DNA of 64,000 bases, from positions 13,952,001-14,016,000 of the forward strand of contig NC_087251.1 of assembly GCF_037042905.1 (NCBI RefSeq). The letters run 5' to 3'. This document shows, in pieces, positions 10,401-25,200 of this stretch (positions are counted from its first letter, which is position 1; every line of letters begins with the position of its first letter). Under the pieces are notes generated by a model, which had not been told where the DNA came from, ran no database searches, and saw nothing but the letters and a program-made list of their open reading frames with translations. Source of the DNA: Lytechinus pictus (Eukaryota). Made by a program: the position numbers and the translations under genes.

Positions 10401-13400
10401 CTTTGTCAAACATAATTTCAACGCCCCCTAGCTCGAAAATTAATTCATTACCCATGTGTCGAAAGCTATTCGACGCCTCCTCCCTAGATCATAAAGAAAC
10501 ATGGTAATAAGTTTCGAGTATCAATTCAGCGCCCCCATGTCGAATTGTCAATTCGCCCCCTTAGATCGAACATCAATGCGGCGCTCCCAAGTCGAATGTC
10601 AATTTAGTAACCCATTTCTCCTGGTTGAACATCAATTTGGCACCCGCATGTCGAACATCAATTCGGCACCCCTAGGCAAAACATCAATACGGCGCCCCCG
10701 AGGTTGTACATCAATTTGGCGCCCCGTAGGCAAAACATTTAAAGTACACCTTAAGATCTATTTGTTGAGCCTTTAATACCTTCACACTTAAATATATATA
10801 CACTGTATAATTATGTACATTTTTAAAGAAATCATATTTGTTTTGTATGCATTTATGGTACACTCTCTGTCATCACACGCTGGTCTGCCTGGCTTCCTAT
10901 GGGGGCTGATGCCCCTATTTGCTAGAGCTCCTGTGAGTACTGAGCTAACCGGGCTTGCCCCTTAAATTGTCGGTGAACGGAGCAGCAAGCAAAAGGGCAC
11001 CAGGCCCCACCAGAATGTAGCTGGGAATTTCAGTGGTGGTGATGCCGGATGGTACTTGTAGTGATTTGAGATTTCTATTTATATCTAAATTGCTGTTTGT
11101 AATGTACGTGTATAAACAATTTGTATCCAAAAGAACTGTTTCAGCGCTAGCGCGATGAGCGTCTCTGGACGGTGTGTGCGCTCAATAAGATCTCACTATT
11201 ATTATTATTAGGATTAACATCAATTATGCGCCCTTTGTAAGAACATCAATTCGGTGCCCCTGGGTAAAACATCAATACACTTTCATGTCGACCATAACTT
11301 CGGCGCCCCTTGGTTGAACAAAATTTCGGCGCCCCCAGTTCGAATATCATTTCGGTGACCCCCTATGTCGAACATCATTTCGACCTCCCCCCTAGCTCGA
11401 AAATTAATTCATTACCATTGTGTCGAAAGCTATTCGGCGGCTCCTCCCTAGATCATAGAGAAACATATGTTAATATGTTGCGAGGAACAATTTGGCGCCC
11501 CTATGTCGAATATCTATTCGACTCGCCTCCCTATGTTGAACATCAATTCTCTGCCCCTAGTTCGAACTTCAATTCATTGTCCCTTTGTCGAACATCATTT
11601 CGACGCCCCCTAGCTCGAAAATTAATTCATTACCCTTGTGTCGAAAGCTATTCGGCGCCTCCTCCCTAGATCATATAGAAACAAGTTAATTTGTTTCGAG
11701 TATCAATTCAGCGCCCCCATGTCGAATTGTCAATTCGCCCCCCTTAGATAGAACATCAATGCGGCGCTCCCAAATCGAATATCAATTTGGTAACCCATTC
11801 CTCCAGGTTGAACATCAATTTGGCACCCGCATGTCGAACATCAATTCGCCCCCCCCCTTAGGTCGAACATCAATGCAGCGCTCCTAAGTCAAATATCAAT
11901 ACGGTGAACCATTCCTCCTGGTTGAACATCAATTTGGCACCCGCATGTCGAAAATCAATTCGGCACCTCTAGGCAAAACATCATACGGCGCCCCCGAGGT
12001 TGTACATAAATTTGGCGCCCTGTAGGCAAAACATTTAAAATACACCTTAAGACCTATTTGTTCAGCCTTTAATACCTTCACACTTAAATATATATACACC
12101 GTATAATTATGTACATTTTTAAAGAAATCATATTTGTTTTGTATGCATTTATGGTACACTCTCTGTCATCACACGCTGGTCTGCCTGGCTTCCTATGGGG
12201 GCTGATGCCCCTATTTGCTAGAGCTCCTGTGAGTACTGAGCTGACGGGGCTTGCCCCTTAAATTGTCGGTGAACGGAGCAGCAAGCAAAAGGGCACCAGG
12301 CCCCATCAGGATGTAGCTGGGAATTTCAGTGGTGGTGATGCAGGATGGTACTTGTAGTGATTTAGGATTTCTAATTTATATCTAAGTTGCTGTTTGTAAT
12401 GTACGTGTATAAAATATTTGTATCCAAAAAAACTGTTTCAGCGCTAGCGCGATGAGCGTCTCTGGACGGTGTGTGCGCTCAATAAGATCTCACTATTATT
12501 ATTATTAGGATTAACATCAATTATGCGCCCTTTGTAAGAACATCAATTCGGTGCCCCTAGGTAAAACATCAATACACTTTCATGTCGACCATAACTTCGG
12601 CGCCCCTTGGTTGAACAAATTTTCGGCGCCCCCACTTCGAATATCATTTCGGTGACCCCCTATGTCGAACATCATTTCGACCCCCCCCTAGCTCGAAAAT
12701 TAATTCATTACCATTGTGTCGAAAGCTTTTCGGCGGCTCCTCCCTAAATCATAGAGAAACATATGTTAATATGTTGCGAGGAACTATTCGGCGCCCCTAT
12801 GTCGAATATCAATTTGGCTCGCCTCCCTATGTTGAACATCAATTCTGTGCCCCTAGTTCGAACATCAATTCATTGTCCCTTTGTCAAACATAATTTCAAC
12901 GCCCCCTAGCTCGAAAATTAATTCATTACCCATGTGTCGAAAGCTATTCGACGCCTCCTCCCTAGATCATAAAGAAACATGGTAATAAGTTTCGAGTATC
13001 AATTCAGCACACCTATGTCCAATTATCAATTCAGCCCCCCTTAGGTCGGACATTGATTTGGCACCCCTGGGTAAAACATCAATACACTTCCATGTCGAAC
13101 ATAACTTCGGCGCCCCTTGGTTGAAATAATTTCGGCGCCCCTAGTAGTTCGAATATCATTTCGGTGACCCCCTATGTCGAACATCATTTCGACCCCCCCC
13201 CCCTAGCTCAAAAATTAATGCATTACCATTGTGTCGAAAGCTATTCGCCCCCTCCTACCTAGATCATAGAGAAACATATGTTAATATGTTGCGAGTAACA
13301 ATTCGGCGCCCCTATGTCGAATATCAATTTGGCTCGCCTCCCTATGTTGAACATCAATTCTGTGCCCCTAGTTCGAAAATCAATTCATTGTCCCTTTGTC

Positions 13401-16013
13401 GAATATCATTTCGACGACCCCTAGCTCAAAAATTAATTCATTACCCTTGTGTCGAAAGCTATTCGGCGCCTCCTCCCTAGATCATAAAGAAACATGTTAA
13501 TATGTTTCGAGTATCAATTCAGCGCCCCCATGTCGAATTGTCAATTCGCCCCCCTTAGATCGAACATCAATGCGGCGCTCCCAAGTCGAATGTCAATTTA
13601 GTAACCCATTCCTCCTGGTTGAACATCAATTTCACACATGCATGTTGAACATCAATTCGGCACCCCTAGGCAAAACATCAATTCGGCGTCACCGAGGTTG
13701 TACATCAATTTTAGCGCCCCGTAGGCAAAATAATTAAAGTACACTTTAATATCTATTTGTTCAGCCTTTAATACCTTGACACTTAAGTATATATACACCG
13801 TATAATTATGTACATTTTTAAAGAAATCATATTTGTTTTGTATGCATTTATGGTACACTCTCTGTCATCACACGCTGGTCTGCCTGGCACCCTATGGGGG
13901 CTGATGCCCTTATTTGCTAGAGCTCCTGTGAGTACTGAGCTGACTGGGCTTGCCCCTTAAATTGTCGGTGAACGGAGCAGCAAGCACAAGGGCACCAGGC
14001 CCCACCAGGATGTAGCTGGGAATTTCAGTGGTGGTGATGCAGGATGGTTTTTGTAGTAATTTAAGATTTCTATTTATATCTTAGTTGCTGTTTGTAATGT
14101 ACGTGTATAAAATATTTGTAACCAAAAGAACTGTTTCAGCGCTAGCGCCATGAGCGTCTCTAGACGGTGTGTGCGCTCAATAAGATATCACTATTATTAT
14201 TATTATTATTATTATTAGGATTAGGATTAACATCAATTTGGCGCCCATTGTAAAAACATCAATTCGGCGCCCATGGGTAAAACATCAATACACTTTCACG
14301 CCGAATATAACTTCGGCGCCCCTTGGTTGAACAAAATTTCGGCACCCCCAGTTCGAATATCATTTCGTTGACCCCCTATGTCGAACATCATTTCGACCTA
14401 CCCCCTAGTTCGAAAATTAATTAATTACCCTTGTGTCGAAAGCTATTCGGCGCCTCCTCCCTAAATTCAAGAGAAACATATGTTAATATGTTTCGAGTAT
14501 CAATTCAGCACCCCTATGTCGAATTATCAATTCGGCCCCCGTTAGGTCGGACATTCATTCGGCACCCCTGAGTAAAACATCAATACACTTCCATGTCGAA
14601 CATAACTTCGGCACCCTTGGTTGAATTAATCATGGCGCCCCTAGTTGTTCGAATATCATTTCGGTGACCCCCTATGTCGAACATCATTTCGACCCCCCCT
14701 AGTTCGAAAATTAATTAATTACCCTTGTGTCGAAAGCTATTCGGCGCCTCCTCCCTAGATCATAGAGAAACATATGTTAATATGTTTTGAGTAACAATTC
14801 GGCCCCCCTATGTCGAATATCAATTCGGCTCGACTCCTTATGTTGAACATTAATTCTCTGCCCCTAGTTCGAACATCAATTCATTGTCCCTTTGTCAAAC
14901 GTCATTTCAATCCCCCCCCCTAGCTCGAAAATTAATTAATCACCCTTGTGTCGAAAGCTATTTGGCGCCTCCTCCCTAGATCATAGAGAAACATATGTTA
15001 ATATGTTTTGAGTATCAATTCGGCCCCCCTATGTCGAATATCATGCAAAACATCAATACGGTGCCCTCAAGGTTGTACATCAATTTTGCTCCCCATAGGC
15101 AAACCATTTAAAGTACACCTTAAGACCTATTTGTTTATCCTTTAATACCTTCACAACTAAATCTATATACAATGTATGATTATGTATATTTTTATGGAAA
15201 TCATATTGGTTTTGTATGCATTTATGGTACACTCTCTGTCATCACACGCTGGTCTGCCTGGCATCCTATGGGGGCTGATGCCCTTATTTGCTAGAGCTCC
15301 TGTGAGTACTGAGCTGACCGGGCTCGCCCCTTAAATTGTCGGTGAACGGAGCAGCAAGCAAAAGGGCACCAGGCCCCACCAGGATGTAGCTGGGAATTTC
15401 AGTGGTGGTGATGCAGGATGGTACTTGTAGTAATTTAAGATGTCTATTTATATCTAAGTTGCTGTTTGTAATGTACGTGTATAAAATATTTGTAACCAAA
15501 AGAACTGTTTCAGCGCTAGCGCCATGAGCGTCTCTAGACGGTGTGTGCGCTCAATAAGATCTCACTATTATTATTATTATTATTATTATTAGGATTAGGA
15601 TTAACATCTATTTGGCACCCATTGTAAGAACATCAATTCGGCGCCCATGGGTAAAACATCAATACACTTACATGTCGAACATAACTTCGGCGCCCCTTGG
15701 TTGAACAAAATTTCGGCACCCCCAGTTCGAATATCAATTTATTGTCCCTTTGTCGAACATCATTTCGATCCCCCCCCCCCCCCCATAGCTCGAAAATAAA
15801 ATAATCACCCTTTTGTCGAAAGCTATTCGGCGCCTCCTCCCTAGATCAAAGAGAAACATATGTTAATATGTTTCGAGTATCAATTTAGCGCCCCTATGTC
15901 GAATTATCAATTCGGCCCCCCTTAGGTCGGACATTGATTCGGCACCCCTATGCAAAACATCAATACGGCGCCCTCTAGGTTGTACATCAATTTTGCGCCC
16001 CATAGGCAAACCA

Positions 16014-16257
16014 TTTAAAGTACACCTTAAGACCTATTTGTTTATCATTTAATACCTTCACAACTAAATCTATATACACTGTATGATTATGTACATCAGT
16101 GATTTAAGATTTCTATTTATATCTAAGTTGCTGTTTGTAATGTACGTGTATAAAATATTTGTAACCAAAAGAACTGTTTCAGCGCTAGCGCCATGAGCGT
16201 CTCTAGACGGTGTGTGCGCTCAATAAGATCTCACTATTATTATTATTATTATTATTA
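16014..16257 (+). mobile_element. Internally deleted (~240 bp shorter) variant of the L2-like fragment; first of 12 copies
   Basis: Junction gtacat-c-agtgattt at 16091-16105 fuses positions equivalent to 7033 and 7273 of the full copy. Confidence 0.85.
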
Positions 16258-19200
16258 GGATTAGGATTAACATCAATATGGCGCCCATTGTAAGAACATC
16301 AATTCGGCGCACATGGGTAAAACATCAATACACCTTCATGTCGAACATAACTTCGGCGCCCCTTGGTTGAAAAAAATTTCGGCGCCCCCAGTTCGAATAT
16401 CATTTCGGTGACCCCCTATGTCGAACATCACTTCGACCCACCCCCCCTAGTTCGAAAATTAATTAATTACCCTTGTGTCGAAAGCTATTCGGCGCCTCCT
16501 CCCTAAATTCAAGAGAAACATATGTTAATATGTTTCGAGTATCAATTCAGCACCCCTATGTCGAATTATCAATTCGGCCCCCCTTAGGTCGGACATTCAT
16601 TCGGCACCCCTGGGTAAAACATCAATACACTTCCATGTCGAACATAACTTCGGCTGCCTTGGTTGAATTAATCTCGGCGCCCCTAGCGGTTCGAATATCA
16701 TTTCGGTGACCTCCTATATCTAACATCATTTCGACCCCCCCCCTAGTTCGAAAATTAATTAATTACCCTTGTGTCGAAAGCTATTCGGCGCCTCCTCCCT
16801 AGATTATAGAGAAACATAAGTTAATATGTTTTGAGTATCAATTCGGCCCCCCTATGTCGAATATCATGCAAAACATCAATACGGTGCCCTCAAGGTTGTA
16901 CATCAATTTTGCTCCCCATAGGCAAACCATTTAAAGTACACCTTAAGACCTATTTGTTTATCCTTTAATACCTTCACAACTAAATCTATATACAATGTAT
17001 GATTATGTATATTTTTATGGAAATCATATTTGTTTTGTATGCATTTATGGTACACTCTCTGTCATCACACGCTGGTCTGCCTGGCATCCTATGGGGGCTG
17101 ATGCCCTTATTTGCTAGAGCTCCTGTGAGTACTGAGCTGACCGGGCTCGCCCCTTAAATTGTCGGTGAACGGAGCAGCAAGCAAAAGGGCACCAGGCCCC
17201 ACCAGGATGTAGCTGGGAATTTCAGTGGTGGTGATGCAGGATGGTACTTGTAGTAATTTAAGATGTCTATTTATATCTAAGTTGCTGTTTGTAATGTACG
17301 TGTATAAAATATTTGTAACCAAAAGAACTGTTTCAGCGCTAGCGCCATGAGCGTCTCTAGACGGTGTGTGCGCTCAATAAGATCTCACTATTATTATTAT
17401 TATTATTATTATTAGGATTAGGATTAACATCTATTTGGCACCCATTGTAAGAACATCAATTCGGCGCCCACGGGTAAAACATCAATACACTTTCATGTCG
17501 AACCTAACCTCGGCGCCCCTTGGTTGAACAAAATTTCGGCACCCCCAGTTCAAATATCAATTTATTGTCCCTTTGTCGAACATCATTTCGATCCCCCCCC
17601 CATAGCTCGAAAATAAAATAATCACCCTTTTGTCGAAAGTTATTCGGCGCCTCCTCCCTAGATCAAAGAGAAACATATGTTAATATGTTTCGAGTATCAA
17701 TTTAGCGTCCCTATGTCGAATTATCAATTCGGCCCCCCTTAGGTCGGACATTGATTCGGCACCCCTATGCAAAACATCAATACGGCGCCCTCTAGGTTGT
17801 ACATCAATTTTGCGCCCCATAGGCAAACCATTTAAAGTACACCTTAAGACCTATTTGTTTATCCTTTAATACCTTCACAACTAAATCTATATACAATGTA
17901 TGATTATGTATATTTTTATGGAAATCATATTTGTTTTGTATGCATTTATGGTACACTCTCTGTCATCACACGCTGTTCTGCCTGGCTTCCTATGGGGGCT
18001 GGTGCCCTTATTTGCTAGAGCTCCTGTGAGTACTGAGCTGACCGGGCTTGCCCTTAAATTGTCGGTGAACGGGGCAGCAAGCACAAGGGCACCATGCCCC
18101 ACCAAGATGTAGCTGGAAATTTCAGTGGTGGTGATGCAGGATGGTACTTGTAGTGATTTAAGATTTCTATTTATATCTAAATAGCTGTTTGTAATGTACG
18201 TGTATAAAATATTTGTAACCAAAATAACTGTTTTAGCGCTAGCGCCATGAGCGTCTCTAGACGGTGTGTGCGCTCAATAAGATCTCACTATTATTATTAT
18301 TATTATTATTAGGATTAGGATTAACATCAATTTGGCGCCCATTGTAAAAACATCAATTCGGCGCCCATGGGTAGAACATCAATACACTTTCATGTCGAAC
18401 ATAACTTCGGCGCCCCTTGGTTGAACAAAATTTCGGCGCCCCCAGTTCGAATATCATTTCGGTGACCCCCTATATCTAACATCATTTCGACCCCCCTAGT
18501 TCGAAAATTAATTAATTACCCTTTTGTCGAAAGCTATTCGGCGCCTCCTCCCTAGATCAAAGAGAAACATATGTTAATATGTTTCGAGTATCAATTTAGC
18601 GCCCCTATGTCGAATTATCAATTCGGCCCCCCTTAGGTCGGACATTGATTCGGCACCCCTATGCAAAACATCTATACGGCGCCCTCTAGGTTGTACATCA
18701 ATTTTGCGCCCCATAGGCAAACCATTTAAAGTACACCTTAAGACCTATTTGTTTATCATTTATTACCTTCACAACTAAATCTATATACACTGCATGATTA
18801 TGTACATCAGTGATTTAAGATTTCTATTTATATCTAAGTTGCTGTTTGTAATGTACGTGTATAAAATATTTGTAACCAAAAGAACTGTTTCAGCGCTAGC
18901 GCCATGAGCGTCTCTAGACGGTGTGTGCGCTCAATAAGATCTCACTATTATTATTATTATTATTATTAGGATTCGGATTAACATCAATATGGCGCCCATT
19001 GTAAGAACATCAATTCGGCGCACATGGGTAAAACATCAATACACCTTCATGTCGAACATAACTTCGGCGCCCCTTGGTTGAACAAAATTTCGGCGCCCCC
19101 AGTTCGAATATCATTTCGGTGACCCCCTATGTCGAACATCATTTCGACCCACCCCCCCTAGTTCGAAAATTAATTAATTACCCTTGTGTCGAAAGCTATT

Positions 19201-22200
19201 CGGCGCCTCCTCCCTAAATTCAAGAGAAACATATGTTAATATGTTTCGAGTATCAATTCAGCACCCCTATGTCGAATTATCAATTCGGCCCCCGTTAGGT
19301 CGGACATTCATTCGGCACCCCTGAGTAAAACATCAATACACTTCCATGTCGAACATAACTTCGGCACAATTGGTTGAATTAATCTCGGCGCCCCTAGTTG
19401 TTCGAATATCATTTCGGTGACCCCCTATGTCGAACATCATTTCGACCCCCCCTAGTTCGAAAATTAATTAATTACCCTTGTGTCGAAAGCCATTCGGCGC
19501 CTCCTCCCTAGATCATAGAGAAACATATGTTAATATGTTTTGAGTAACAATTCGGCCCCCCTATGTCGAATATCAATTCGGCTCGACTCCTTATGTTGAA
19601 CATCAATTCTCTGCCCCTAGTTCGAACATCAATTCATTGTCCCTTTGTCGAACATCATTTCAATCCCCCCCCCTAGCTCGAAAATTAATTAATCACCCTT
19701 GTGTCGAAAGCTATTTGGCGCCTCCTCCCTAGATCATAGACAAACATATGTTAATATGTTTCGAGTATCAATTCAGCGTCCCTATGCAAAACATCAATAC
19801 GGCGCCCTCAAGGTTGTACATCAATTTTGCGCCCCGTAGGCAAACCATTTAAAGTACACCTTAAGATCTATTTGTTCAGCCTTTAATACCTTCACACTTA
19901 AATATATATACACTGTATAATTATGTACATTTTCATGGAAATCATATTTGTTTTGTATGCATTTATGGTACACTCTCTGTCATCACACGCTGGTCTGCCT
20001 GGCTTCCTATGGGGGCTGATGCCCTTATTTGTTAGAGCTCCTGTGAGTACTGAGCTGACCGGGCTCGCCCCTTAAATTGTCGGTGAACGGAGCAGCAAGC
20101 AAAAGGGCACCAGGCCCCACCAGGATGTAGCTGGGAATTTCAGTGGTGGTGATGCAGGATGGTACTTGTAGTAATTTAAGATGTCTATTTATATCTAAGT
20201 TGCTGTTTGTAATGTACGTGTATAAAATATTTGTAACCAAAAGAACTGTTTCAGCGCTAGCGCCATGAGCGTCTCTAGACGGTGTGTGCGCTCAATAAGA
20301 TCTCACTATAATTATTATTATTATTATTATTAGGATTAGGATTAACATCTATTTGGCACCCATTGTAAGAACATCAATTCGGCGCCCATGGGTAAAACAT
20401 CAATACACTTTCATGTCGAACATAACTTCGGCGCCCCTTGGTTGAACAAAATTTCGGCACCCCCAGTTCGAATATCAATTTATTGTCCCTTTGTCGAACA
20501 TCATTTCGATCCCCCCCCCCCATAGCTCGAAAATAAAATAATCACCCTTTTGTCGAAAGCTATTCGGCGCCTCCTCCCTAGATCAAAGAGAAACATATGT
20601 TAATATGTTTCGAGTATCAATTTAGCGCCCCTATGTCGAATTATCAATTCGGCCCCCCTTAGGTCGGACATTGATTCGGCACCCCTATGCAAAACATCTA
20701 TACGGCGCCCTCTAGGTTGTACATCAATTTTGCGCCCCATAGGCAAACCATTTAAAGTACACCTTAAGACCTATTTGTTTATCATTTAATACCTTCACAA
20801 CTAAATCTATATACACTGTATGATTATGTACATCAGTGATTTAAGATTTCTATTTATATTTAAGTTGCTGTTTGTAATGTACGTGTATAAAATATTTGTA
20901 ACCAAAAGAACTGTTTCAGCGCTAGCGCCATGAGCGTCTCTAGACGGTGTGTGCGCTCAATAAGATCTCACTATTATTATTATTATTATTATTAGGATTA
21001 GGATTAACATCAATATGGCGCCCATTGTAAGAACATCAATTCGGCGCACATGGGTAAAACATCAATACACCTTCATGTCGAACATAACTTCGGCGCCCCT
21101 TGGTTGAAAAAAATTTCGGCGCCCCCAGTTCGAATATCATTTCGGTGACCCCCTATGTCGAACATCATTTCGACCCACCCCCCCTAGTTCGAAAATTAAT
21201 TAATTACCCTTGTGTCGAAAGCTATTCGGCGCCTCCTCCCTAAATTCAAGAGAAACATATGTTAATATGTTTCGAGTATCAATTCAGCACCCCTATGTCG
21301 AATTATCAATTCGGCCCCCGTTAGGTCGGACATTCATTCGGCACCCCTGAGTAAAACATCAATACACTTCCATGTCGAACATAACTCCGGCACCCTTGGT
21401 TGAATTAATCTCGGCGCCCCTAGTTGTTCGAATATCATTTCGGTGACCCCCTATGTCGAACATCATTTCGACCCCCCCTAGTTCGAAAATTAATTAATTA
21501 CCCTTGTGTCGAAAGCTATTCGGCGCCTCCTCCCTAGATCATAGAGAAACATATGTTAATATGTTTTGAGTAACAATTCGGCCCCCCTATGTCGAATATC
21601 AATTCGGCTCGACTCCTTATGTTGAACATCAATTCTCTGCCCCTAGTTCGAACATCAATTCATTGTCCCTTTGTCGAACATCATTTCAATCCCCCCCCCC
21701 TAGCTCGAAAATTAATTAATCACCCTTGTGTCGAAAGCTATTTGGCGCCTCCTCCCTAGATCATAGACAAACATATGTTAATATGTTTCGAGTATCAATT
21801 CAGCGTCCCTATGCAAAACATCAATACGGCGCCCTCAAGGTTGTACATCAATTTTGCGCCCCGTAGGCAAACCATTTAAAGTACACCTTAAGATCTATTT
21901 GTTCAGCCTTTAATACCTTCACACTTAAATATATATACACTGTATAATTATGTACATTTTCATGGAAATCATATTTGTTTTGTATGCATTTATGGTACAC
22001 TCTCTGTCATCACACGCTGGTCTGCCTGGCTTCCTATGGGGGCTGATGCCCTTATTTGTTAGAGCTCCTGTGAGTACTGAGCTGACCGGGCTCGCCCCTT
22101 AAATTGTCGGTGAACGGAGCAGCAAGCAAAAGGGCACCAGGCCCCACCAGGAAGTAGCTGGGAATTTCAGTGGTGGTGATGCAGGATGGTACTTGTAGTA

Positions 22201-25200
22201 ATTTAAGATGTCTATTTATATCTAAGTTGCTGTTTGTAATGTACGTGTATAAAATATTTGTAACCAAAAGAACTGTTTCAGCGCTAGCGCCATGAGCGTC
22301 TCTAGACGGTGTGTGCGCTCAATAAGATCTCACTATTATTATTATTATTATTATTATTAGGATTAGGATTAACATCTATTTGGCACCCATTGTAAGAACA
22401 TCAATTCGGCGCCCATGGGTAAAACATCAATACACTTTCATGTCGAACATAACTTCGGCGCCCCTTGGTTGAACAAAATTTCGGCATCCCCAGTTCGAAT
22501 ATCAATTTATTGTCCCTTTGTCGAAAATCATTTCGATCCCCCCCCCCCCATAGCTCGAAAATAAAATAATCACCCTTTTGTCGAAAGCTATTCGGCGCCT
22601 CCTCCCTAGATCAAAGAGAAACATATGTTAATATGTTTCGAGTATCAATTTAGCGTCCCTATGTCGAATTATCAATTCGGCCCCCCTTAGGTCGGACATT
22701 GATTCGGCACCCCTATGCAAAACATCAATACGGCGCCCTCTAGGTTGTACATCAATTTTGCGCCCCATAGGCAAACCATTTAAAGTACACCTTAAGACCT
22801 ATTTGTTTATCATTTAATACCTTCACAACTAAATCTATATACACTGTATGATTATGTACATCAGTGATTTAAGATTTCTATTTATATCTAAGTTGCTGTT
22901 TGTAATGTACGTGTATAAAATATTTGTAACCAAAAGAACTGTTTCAGCGCTAGCGCCATGAGCGTCTCTAGACGGTGTGTGCGCTCAATAAGATCTCACT
23001 ATTATTATTATTATTATTATTAGGATTAGGATTAACATCAATATGGCGCCCATTGTAAGAACATCAATTCGGCGCACATGGGTAAAACATCAATACACCT
23101 TCATGTCGAACATAACTTCGGCGCCCCTTGGTTGAACAAAATTTCGGCGCCCCCAGTTCGAATATCATTTCGGTGACCCCCTATGTCGAACATCATTTCG
23201 ACCCACCCCCCCTAGTTCGAAAATTAATTAATTACCCTTGTGTCGAAAGTTATTCGGCGCCTCCTCCCTAGATCAAAGAGAAACATATGTTAATATGTTT
23301 CGAGTATCAATTTAGCGTCCCTATGTCGAATTATCAATTCGGCCCCCCTTAGGTCGGACATTGATTCGGCACCCCTATGCAAAACATCAATACGGCGCCC
23401 TCTAGGTTGTACATCAATTTTGCGCCCCATAGGCAAACCATTTAAAGTACACCTTAAGACCTATTTGTTTATCCTTTAATACCTTCACAACTAAATCTAT
23501 ATACAATGTATGATTATGTATATTTTTATGGAAATCATATTTGTTTTGTATGCATTTATGGTACACTCTCTGTCATCACACGCTGGTCTGCCTGGCTTCC
23601 TATGGGGGCTGATGCCCCTATTTGCTAGAGCTACTGTGAGTACTGAGCTGACCGGGCTTGCCCCTTAAATTGTCGGTGAACGGAGCAGCAAGCAAAAGGG
23701 CACCAGGCCCCACCAGAATGTAGCTGGGAATTTCAGTGGTGGTGATGCAGGATGGTACTTGTAGTGATTTAGGATTTCTAATTTATATCTAAGTTGCTGT
23801 TTGTAATGTACGTGTATAAAATATTTGTATCCAAAAAAACTGTTTCAGCGCTAGCGCGATGAGCGTCTCTGGACGGTGTGTGCGCTCAATAAGATCTCAC
23901 TATTATTATTATTAGGATTAACATCAATTATGCGCCCTTTGTAAGAACATCAATTCGGTGCCCCTAGGTAAAACATCAATACACTTTCATGTCGACCATA
24001 ACTTCGGCGCCCCTTGGTTGAACAAATTTTCGGCGCCCCCACTTCGAATATCATTTCGGTGACCCCCTATGTCGAACATCATTTCGACCCCCCCCTAGCT
24101 CGAAAATTAATTCATTACCATTGTGTCGAAAGCTTTTCGGCGGCTCCTCCCTAAATCATAGAGAAACATATGTTAATATGTTGCGAGGAACTATTCGGCG
24201 CCCCTATGTCGAATATCAATTTGGCTCGCCTCCCTATGTTGAACATCAATTCTGTGCCCCTAGTTCGAACATCAATTCATTGTCCCTTTGTCAAACATAA
24301 TTTCAACGCCCCCTAGCTCGAAAATTAATTCATTACCCATGTGTCGAAAGCTATTCGACGCCTCCTCCCTAGATCATAAAGAAACATGGTAATAAGTTTC
24401 GAGTATCAATTCAGCACACCTATGTCCAATTATCAATTCAGCCCCCCTTAGGTCGGACATTGATTTGGCACCCCTGGGTAAAACATCAATACACTTCCAT
24501 GTCGAACATAACTTCGGCGCCCCTTGGTTGAAATAATTTCGGCGCCCCTAGTAGTTCGAATATCATTTCGGTGACCCCCTATGTCGAACATCATTTCGAC
24601 CCCCCCCCCTAGCTCAAAAATTAATGCATTACCATTGTGTCGAAAGCTATTCGCCCCCTCCTACCTAGATCATAGAGAAACATATGTTAATATGTTGCGA
24701 GTAACAATTCGGCGCCCCTATGTCGAATATCAATTTGGCTCGCCTCCCTATGTTGAACATCAATTCTGTGCCCCTAGTTCGAAAATCAATTCATTGTCCC
24801 TTTGTCGAATATCATTTCGACGACCCCTAGCTCAAAAATTAATTCATTACCCTTGTGTCGAAAGCTATTCGGCGCCTCCTCCCTAGATCATAAAGAAACA
24901 TGTTAATATGTTTCGAGTATCAATTCAGCGCCCCCATGTCGAATTGTCAATTCGCCCCCCTTAGATCGAACATCAATGCGGCGCTCCCAAGTCGAATGTC
25001 AATTTAGTAACCCATTCCTCCTGGTTGAACATCAATTTCACACATGCATGTTGAACATCAATTCGGCACCCCTAGGCAAAACATCAATTCGGCGTCACCG
25101 AGGTTGTACATCAATTTTAGGGCACCGTAGGCAAAATAATTAAAGTACACTATAATATCTATTTGTTCAGCCTTTAATACCTTGACACTTAAGTATATAT

